Assembly: GCA_034432775.1 (NCBI GenBank)
Contig: DAOUBH010000024.1
Location: 15,982 to 79,981, forward strand
DNA length: 64,000 nucleotides
Reading direction: 5' to 3'
From: Chloroflexota bacterium
GTDB lineage: Bacteria > Chloroflexota > Chloroflexia > DAOUBH01
Below the pieces are notes generated by a model that saw nothing but the letters and a program-made list of their open reading frames with translations, was not told the DNA's origin and searched no databases. The position numbers were made by a program, and so were the translations under genes. Every line of letters begins with the position of its first letter. Within the stretch, counting starts at the first letter, position 1. This document shows, one piece after another, positions 58,208 through 64,000 of the stretch.

Positions 58208-58256
58208 TACCAGCTTGAAGGGCCCATGTCGGGTATACTGAAGGGTTGGGGCACAC

Positions 58257-60065
58257 ATGTGGGACCAGCGACGGATCCGTAACTTTTGCATCATTGCGCA
58301 TATCGATCACGGGAAGTCTACCCTGGCCGACCGGCTGCTGGAGCACACGCGCACCATTGATAAACGGCAGATGGTGGAGCAGGTGCTCGACTCCATGGAC
58401 CTGGAGCGAGAGAAAGGCATAACCATAAAGGCCAGGGCGGTGCGCATGATCTATCAGGCTGCAGATGGCCAGGAGTACCAGCTCAATCTGGTGGACACTC
58501 CCGGCCATGTCGACTTCTCCTACGAAGTGAGCCGAAGCATGGCTGCAACGGAGGGCGCTCTATTGGTGGTGGATGCCAGCCAAGGGGTAGAGGCGCAGAC
58601 CCTCGCCAATGCCCATTTAGCCATGGCCAACGATCTTCGGCTAATACCGGTGGTAAATAAGATCGACCTGCCCAACGCGGAACCGGAGCGTGTTGCTCGC
58701 GAGGTTGAAGACATCTTTGCTATTCCTAGAGAAGAGGTGATCTTCGCCTCGGCAAAGGAAGGTATCGGAACGGAGGAGATCTTAGAGGCTATCGTCGAGC
58801 GTATACCTCCTCCGTCTGGAAACCTACGGGTGCCGCTACGGGCGCTCATTTTCGATTCCCATTACGATCCCTTCAAGGGCGTAGTTGCCTACGTTAGGGT
58901 GGTCGACGGGTATGTGCGCCAAGGGGACCAGATAATGCTTATGTCAACTGGGAAGCGTGCCGAGGTGCTGGAACTGGGAGTTTTTAGGCCCAATATGACG
59001 CCTGTACCAGAACTTTCGGCGGGTGAGGTCGGCTATATAGCCACCGGGCTGAAGGTGGTGGGTGATTGTAGAGTTGGAGATACCATCACCCTGGCGGATT
59101 GTCCGGCGGATGCACCCTTGCCTGGTTACGATCCTCCCAAACCCATGGTTTTTGCTGGCCTTTATCCTGTGGTAGGCGATCAGTTCGGCCTGTTGAGGGA
59201 TGCCCTGGAGAAGCTCAAGCTGAATGACGCGTCGTTGCTTTTCGAGCCCGAATCGTCCTTGGCCCTTGGCTTTGGTTTCCGATGCGGCTTTTTGGGTTTG
59301 CTGCACATGGAGATCGTCAAGGAGCGCTTGGAGCGTGAATACAAGATACCGATCCTAATCACTGCACCGAGCGTTGAATACCATGTTTTGACCACATCTG
59401 GGGAGATCCTTTACGTAAACAACCCGTCACAGTTGCCCAGTCTCTCTGAGGTAGCTGCCATCGAGGAACCATGGGTGCACATAACCGTAGTTACTCCCAG
59501 CCGGTACATCGGGACGGTTATGGAGTTAGTGGTGTCGCGTCGCGGCGAGCTAGAACGCATGGATTATATCGACGAGCAGCGGGTGGTCCTTAGCTATCAG
59601 ATGCCCTTGAGTGAGCTTATTGTAGACTTCTATGACCAGTTGAAGAGCCGTACTCAGGGTTACGCATCGCTAGACTACGCTTTCATGGGGTATCGAGCCT
59701 CAGACCTGGTGAAAGTGGATGTCCTGGTACATGGCCAGACAGTGGACGCCCTATCGTTTATTTGCCATCGTGAGAAGGCCTACAGCAGGGCAAGAGTGCT
59801 GGTCGAGAAGCTGCGGGAACTTATACCGCGCCAGCTCTTCGAGGTTCCTATTCAGGCTGCCATAGGTAGTCGGGTGATTGCTAGGGAGACCATCCGCGCC
59901 ATGAGGAAAAACGTGCTTGACAAATGCTACGGCGGCGATGTTACCAGAAAGCGAAAGCTTCTTGAAAAGCAGAAGGAAGGCAAGGCCCGCATGAAGATGA
60001 TCGGAACAGTAGAGGTTCCCCAGGAGGCATTTCTTGCCCTGCTGACCTTGTCCCAGGAGCATTAG
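58257..60065 (+). CDS. lepA: Elongation factor 4
   Basis: [30 protein letters not shown], and the C-terminal LepA-specific region. Confidence 0.95.
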   Translation: MWDQRRIRNFCIIAHIDHGKSTLADRLLEHTRTIDKRQMVEQVLDSMDLEREKGITIKARAVRMIYQAADGQEYQLNLVDTPGHVDFSYEVSRSMAATEGALLVVDASQGVEAQTLANAHLAMANDLRLIPVVNKIDLPNAEPERVAREVEDIFAIPREEVIFASAKEGIGTEEILEAIVERIPPPSGNLRVPLRALIFDSHYDPFKGVVAYVRVVDGYVRQGDQIMLMSTGKRAEVLELGVFRPNMTPVPELSAGEVGYIATGLKVVGDCRVGDTITLADCPADAPLPGYDPPKPMVFAGLYPVVGDQFGLLRDALEKLKLNDASLLFEPESSLALGFGFRCGFLGLLHMEIVKERLEREYKIPILITAPSVEYHVLTTSGEILYVNNPSQLPSLSEVAAIEEPWVHITVVTPSRYIGTVMELVVSRRGELERMDYIDEQRVVLSYQMPLSELIVDFYDQLKSRTQGYASLDYAFMGYRASDLVKVDVLVHGQTVDALSFICHREKAYSRARVLVEKLRELIPRQLFEVPIQAAIGSRVIARETIRAMRKNVLDKCYGGDVTRKRKLLEKQKEGKARMKMIGTVEVPQEAFLALLTLSQEH

Positions 60066-60068
60066 AGG

Positions 60069-61556
60069 GTGGGCAGGGTCATAGTAGTGGGGCTCGGACC
60101 CGGAGGCGCTGAGCTGTTGACCGTTCAGGCTCGTGACCTTCTACAGGGCGATCTGCCCATTTATCTGCGGACCTCCCGACATCCTGCCGTTCAGGAGCTG
60201 GGCCTTGCCAGCCGGGCAGAGTCCTTCGACGGGGTGTACGAGGCCGCCAATAGTTTCGATGAGGTGTATCATCGCATCGTCGAGAGGCTTCTTCAGGCTG
60301 TCTCGATGGCACCGTCTGTGGTTTATGCAGTACCCGGTCATCCCCTTTTCGGAGAGCGCCCGACCCGCTTGCTGCTGGAAAGGGCGGCCTCGGGTGTTGT
60401 GGACGTCACAGTTGTTCCGGGGTTGAGTTTCGTAGACGCAGTTGTCGCGGTCCTTGGAATTGATCCACTGGAGGGCGGCCTGCAGATAGTCGACGGGTTG
60501 GAGCTGGCATATCGGGATGATTTGGAAGATTTCGACCCGTTGCCCCTGCCAGTGGCGGGGTTGGTTGCACCGTATCGGCCGCTTTTGGTGGCTCAGATGT
60601 ACTCACAGGAGGTCGCCAGCCTAGTTAAGGTCGCACTGGGAGAACTATACCCCGACACCTGGCCCGTAAAACTCATTAAATATGATGTGTGGCTGGCAGA
60701 ACAGCGGCTTGTAGAACTGCCTCTTTCGGAGATCGATCGGGGACCCGCTGTAGACCACCTTACAACTCTCTTTGTACCGGCCCTTGCTCCTTTGGAAGCG
60801 ACTAAGACTTTCGAGAGCCTGGCCTATGTCATTTGGAGACTGCGAGGCCCAGGCGGATGTCCCTGGGATCGTGAACAGACGTCGCACACCATTAAGAGCT
60901 ACTTAGTAGAGGAGACCTATGAGGCGCTGGAGGCTTTGGAGACGGAAGATTGGGAGGGTTTTGTAGAGGAGCTTGGCGATGTGCTCCTACAAGTGGTGCT
61001 CCACAGCCAGATCGGATCGGAAGAGGATCTCTTCGATATCACAGCAGTCTTACAAAGAGTGTCGGAGAAGCTGATAAGGCGGCATCCTCACGTTTTTGGT
61101 ACTGCCCATGCGAGCAGTGCTAGTGAGGTGCTGCGTTCCTGGGAGGCGCTGAAGGCACAGGAGCGTCAAGGGGCACCCAAGCCCTTGGTGGAAGGCATCC
61201 CTGCTGGTATGCCTGCGCTTGCTTATGCTAATGAGCTCCTTAGGCGTGCTCAGAAGCTGGGGTTCGAATGGCCATCCAAGGCGGAAGCCATGGCTAAGGT
61301 GAAGGAAGAGCTGGCGGAATTAGAGGCAGCGACCGGGGGTGACTTGCGGGAAGAGCTTGGAGACCTGCTTCTTGCCCTGGTGAAACTAGCCCAGTGGCTT
61401 CGGGTGGACCCCGAGGAAGCCTTGCGGCTTGCCAATAGGAAGTTCACAGACCGTCTACGCCGGCTTGTAGAAGCCCTATCGGCTGAGAGTACATCCTTAG
61501 GGGATGCCCCTGCAGAGCGTGTCCGGGAACTTTGGGAGCAAATTAAGAGTTCATGA
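60069..61556 (+). CDS. mazG: Tetrapyrrole-methylase-like domain fused to MazG NTP pyrophosphohydrolase (YabN-like)
   Basis: N-terminal [10 protein letters not shown] methylase-like fold. C-terminal MazG EExxE motifs ([17 protein letters not shown]). Confidence 0.85.
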   Translation: MGRVIVVGLGPGGAELLTVQARDLLQGDLPIYLRTSRHPAVQELGLASRAESFDGVYEAANSFDEVYHRIVERLLQAVSMAPSVVYAVPGHPLFGERPTRLLLERAASGVVDVTVVPGLSFVDAVVAVLGIDPLEGGLQIVDGLELAYRDDLEDFDPLPLPVAGLVAPYRPLLVAQMYSQEVASLVKVALGELYPDTWPVKLIKYDVWLAEQRLVELPLSEIDRGPAVDHLTTLFVPALAPLEATKTFESLAYVIWRLRGPGGCPWDREQTSHTIKSYLVEETYEALEALETEDWEGFVEELGDVLLQVVLHSQIGSEEDLFDITAVLQRVSEKLIRRHPHVFGTAHASSASEVLRSWEALKAQERQGAPKPLVEGIPAGMPALAYANELLRRAQKLGFEWPSKAEAMAKVKEELAELEAATGGDLREELGDLLLALVKLAQWLRVDPEEALRLANRKFTDRLRRLVEALSAESTSLGDAPAERVRELWEQIKSS

Positions 61557-61569
61557 AGGAGCTCGAAGC

Positions 61570-63345
61570 GTGGCCAAAGAGATCACATGTGGGCAGTTGA
61601 GATCATCGGATGCGGGGAAAAGGGTAACCCTCTTCGGGTGGGTCTTCCGCCGGAGAGACCACGGGGGTTTGATCTTTGTAGACCTCCGGGACCGGTGGGG
61701 GGTAACACAGGTGGTGTTCAATCCTCTGATATCCCATGAGGCCCACCAGGCTGCCAAAGATTTGAAGCCCGAATATGTGGCGCGTGTAATGGGACGTGTC
61801 GAACGCCGGCCAGCGGGCACGGAGAACCCCAACTTGCCTACAGGCGAGATAGAGGTTTTGGCAGAGGACCTCGAAATTCTGAATGCCTCTAAGGTGCCGC
61901 CCTTCTATTCGAGCGATACGGGCAACATCGACGAGGCCGCCCGCCTGAAGTACCGCTACTTGGACCTGAGGCGACCCCGGATGCAACGAAACCTGATGCT
62001 ACGCCACAGGGTCATCAAGTACATCCGCGACTTTTTGGATCAGCGCGACTTTGTGGAGGTTGAAACGCCCATCTTGATCAAGAGCACACCGGAAGGTGCA
62101 CGCGACTATTTGGTCCCCAGCCGTTTGCATCCCGGAAAGTTTTATGCGCTTCCTCAGTCCCCCCAGCAGCTCAAACAGCTTCTCATGGTGGCGGGCTTCG
62201 AACGCTATTACCAGATCGCCAGGTGCTTTCGAGACGAAGACCTTAGGGCTGATCGCCAGCCCGAGTTTACCCAGCTTGACCTGGAGATGTCCTTTGTTGA
62301 TCAAGAAGACATCCTGAGCCTCATTGAAGAGCTGTTTACAAGCCTGGTAGAGCAGCTTACGGACAAGAGGATTCTCTTCAAACCCTTTCCGAGGATCAAG
62401 TACCTAGAAGCCATCGATAGATTCGGAACAGATAAGCCCGATTTGCGGTTCGGGTTGGAGATACGAGATGTAAGTGACCTAGCTATGCGCGGGGAGTTCG
62501 GTGTATTCCGGGAAGTAATAGCAAACGGTGGCGTCGTGCGAGGCATAGCTGTACCCGGCCGATCTGGGATCACTCGTAGACAGGTTGACGAGCTTACCGA
62601 GATGGCTCGCGAATGGGGCGCCAGGGGACTAGTCACGGTCGCCGTCGAAGCCGAGGGATTTCGATCGCCTATATCTAGATACTATAGTTCGGATGTGATG
62701 CATGAGATGAGGCTGAGGCTTGGTGGGGCCACGGGTGACCTGCTCCTCCTGGTGGCCGATCAGAGGCCCGTTGTGGCTGAAGTCCTTGGGAAGATGCGTT
62801 TAGAGTGGGCCCGAAGGCTGTCCTTGCTCGACAACTCCGTGATGGCGTTTGCTTGGATCCTTGAACCTCCTCTGCTGGAATGGAACGAACAGGAGGGCCG
62901 CTTCTACGCTGTACACCACCCGTTCACAGCTCCCTTCGACGAAGACATAGATTTGCTCGACCGCGAGCCTCACAGGGTGCGGGCCAAGGCCTACGACATT
63001 GTCTGTAACGGATATGAGCTCGGTAGCGGGAGCATCAGGATCCATAGGCGCGAGCTTCAGAACAAAGTTTTTGCTCTCTTAGGTTACAGTCAGGAGGAGG
63101 TGCACCAGCGGTTCGGACATTTGCTTACAGCCTTCGACTATGGCGCCCCTCCGCATGGAGGAATAGCACCTGGCATCGATCGGCTCGTCATGCTGTTGGC
63201 AGACGAAACTACGATTCGAGAAGTGATTGCCTTCCCCAAGACGCAGAGTGCTATGGACCTCATGACAGATGCCCCGTCGCCGGTGAGTGACGAGCAGTTG
63301 CGCGAGCTCCATATAAGGATCGTCTTGGACGACGATAGCGTCTAA
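61570..63345 (+). CDS. aspS: Aspartate--tRNA ligase
   Basis: [32 protein letters not shown] is the anticodon-binding OB fold. Class II motifs [18 protein letters not shown] and GGIAPGIDR. Proposed GTG start at 61570 after AAGGAG. Confidence 0.95.
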   Translation: MAKEITCGQLRSSDAGKRVTLFGWVFRRRDHGGLIFVDLRDRWGVTQVVFNPLISHEAHQAAKDLKPEYVARVMGRVERRPAGTENPNLPTGEIEVLAEDLEILNASKVPPFYSSDTGNIDEAARLKYRYLDLRRPRMQRNLMLRHRVIKYIRDFLDQRDFVEVETPILIKSTPEGARDYLVPSRLHPGKFYALPQSPQQLKQLLMVAGFERYYQIARCFRDEDLRADRQPEFTQLDLEMSFVDQEDILSLIEELFTSLVEQLTDKRILFKPFPRIKYLEAIDRFGTDKPDLRFGLEIRDVSDLAMRGEFGVFREVIANGGVVRGIAVPGRSGITRRQVDELTEMAREWGARGLVTVAVEAEGFRSPISRYYSSDVMHEMRLRLGGATGDLLLLVADQRPVVAEVLGKMRLEWARRLSLLDNSVMAFAWILEPPLLEWNEQEGRFYAVHHPFTAPFDEDIDLLDREPHRVRAKAYDIVCNGYELGSGSIRIHRRELQNKVFALLGYSQEEVHQRFGHLLTAFDYGAPPHGGIAPGIDRLVMLLADETTIREVIAFPKTQSAMDLMTDAPSPVSDEQLRELHIRIVLDDDSV

Positions 63346-64000
63346 GGCGACCACGAGACGCCCCCGTTGGGGTCTATTGGCAGGTTGAAGGTTATCTGTT
63401 CGGGGCGCGATACAGTTAGCGATCCGTCAGGGTTAAATGTGAGCGCCACAGTCCAGAGATTGAAGATACCCCGGTCTTCCACAAGGAACGCAAGCCGCTG
63501 CCCGTCAGGAGACCAGGCGGGTGAACGAGCGGTTGCGAGATCTGTGATACGTTGCGGGCCGGCACCAGCAGCTGTTGTAAGCCATATGTCGGTGCCCATT
63601 TCAGCGTTCCTTCCGGCAAAGGCGATGAGATCGCCTTGTGGGGACCATGCCGGATCGTAGGCTCCTCGGGGCACATCGGTTAGCTTCTTCCAGATGCCTG
63701 ACCGAAGGTCAAGAAGCCATAGTTGGGTGGTGTCATCGCTGAAGGCGGACGCGACAATTCTCGATCCATCTGGTGCGCACGACGGCTTTCCCAGGCCTCG
63801 TGTGCCTGGTGGCGACATTGCCAGCCGGCTCCTCCGTCCCGACAGGTCTACCTGCCACAGGGCCAGATCAGGCGTGCCGGCGTCGCTCAAATAGGCAAGC
63901 CTTTGCCCGTCGAGCCAACAGGGATTAAAAGCCCAGACGCTGTTCAGCACGTATCCTTGTGAGCCCTGAGGTAAAGGGCTCTTATTCTTGGTAAGTTGCT
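63342..64000 (-). CDS. TolB-like beta-propeller (PD40/WD40-like repeats) protein, partial at window edge
   Basis: Repeated [11 protein letters not shown] / [14 protein letters not shown]40 motifs. The N-terminus may lie beyond position 64000. Confidence 0.6.
   Translation of the reverse strand, partial: QLTKNKSPLPQGSQGYVLNSVWAFNPCWLDGQRLAYLSDAGTPDLALWQVDLSGRRSRLAMSPPGTRGLGKPSCAPDGSRIVASAFSDDTTQLWLLDLRSGIWKKLTDVPRGAYDPAWSPQGDLIAFAGRNAEMGTDIWLTTAAGAGPQRITDLATARSPAWSPDGQRLAFLVEDRGIFNLWTVALTFNPDGSLTVSRPEQITFNLPIDPNGGVSWSP

Noticed and set aside
1-64000. CRISPR arrays, transposases, integrases, toxin-antitoxin pairs
   Set aside because: No regularly spaced direct repeats and no IS/Tn or recombinase-like ORFs. 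Small ORF pairs at 54.2-55.0 kb show no TA family motifs.

Overview
This is a high-GC (~59-60%) bacterial chromosomal segment with dense, mostly housekeeping gene content. GGAGG-type ribosome-binding sites, frequent TTG/GTG starts, a type-2 IleS behind a T-box leader, a GH57 alpha-glucan enzyme and a Cheo-type (GAAC-N4-GTTC) SOS box point to a Terrabacteria lineage, possibly Chloroflexota-like; this is inference only. Gene order along the window is as follows. (1) A non-classical alpha-glucan cluster: an 834-aa sugar-1-P nucleotidylyltransferase/phosphohexomutase fusion, GlgA, a GalT-like HIT-superfamily protein, a GH57 enzyme and a MobA-like NTP transferase. (2) A minus-strand DUF218-HIT-NUDIX-membrane operon. 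(3) argG and hemW. (4) holB, a PaaI thioesterase, a NERD protein and fabF. (5) A five-gene glycosyltransferase operon (three GT2, one GT4, one GT-C). (6) A ~150-nt promoter-equipped, repeat-rich structured RNA candidate sitting between convergent genes. (7) An orphan gcvPB, fadD, a DmpA-type peptidase, folC and aroH-aroF. (8) YtxH/DUF948, a missed GlsB/YeaQ-like small ORF, mnmA, a GNAT and DUF1385. (9) recJ, mtaB and purB. (10) A divergent DUF815 AAA ATPase and a Rad52/DdrA-like gene whose shared intergenic region carries a LexA-type SOS box. (11) TIGR00725, thpR and ileS with a clear T-box attenuator. (12) A second GT-C and ynfA. (13) A five-gene mercury-resistance operon next to a tRNA-Met(CAT): ArsR-type regulator, full-length MerA, a MerT-like protein, a TlpA-like thioredoxin and a second core-only MerA. 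(14) rpsT, murJ, a PRC/BON protein, lepA, a mazG fusion, aspS and a partial TolB-like propeller. No CRISPR array, integrase or transposase was seen. The most novel-looking items are the structured sRNA candidate, the SOS-box-linked Rad52/DdrA-like plus DUF815 module, and the dual-MerA mercury locus.
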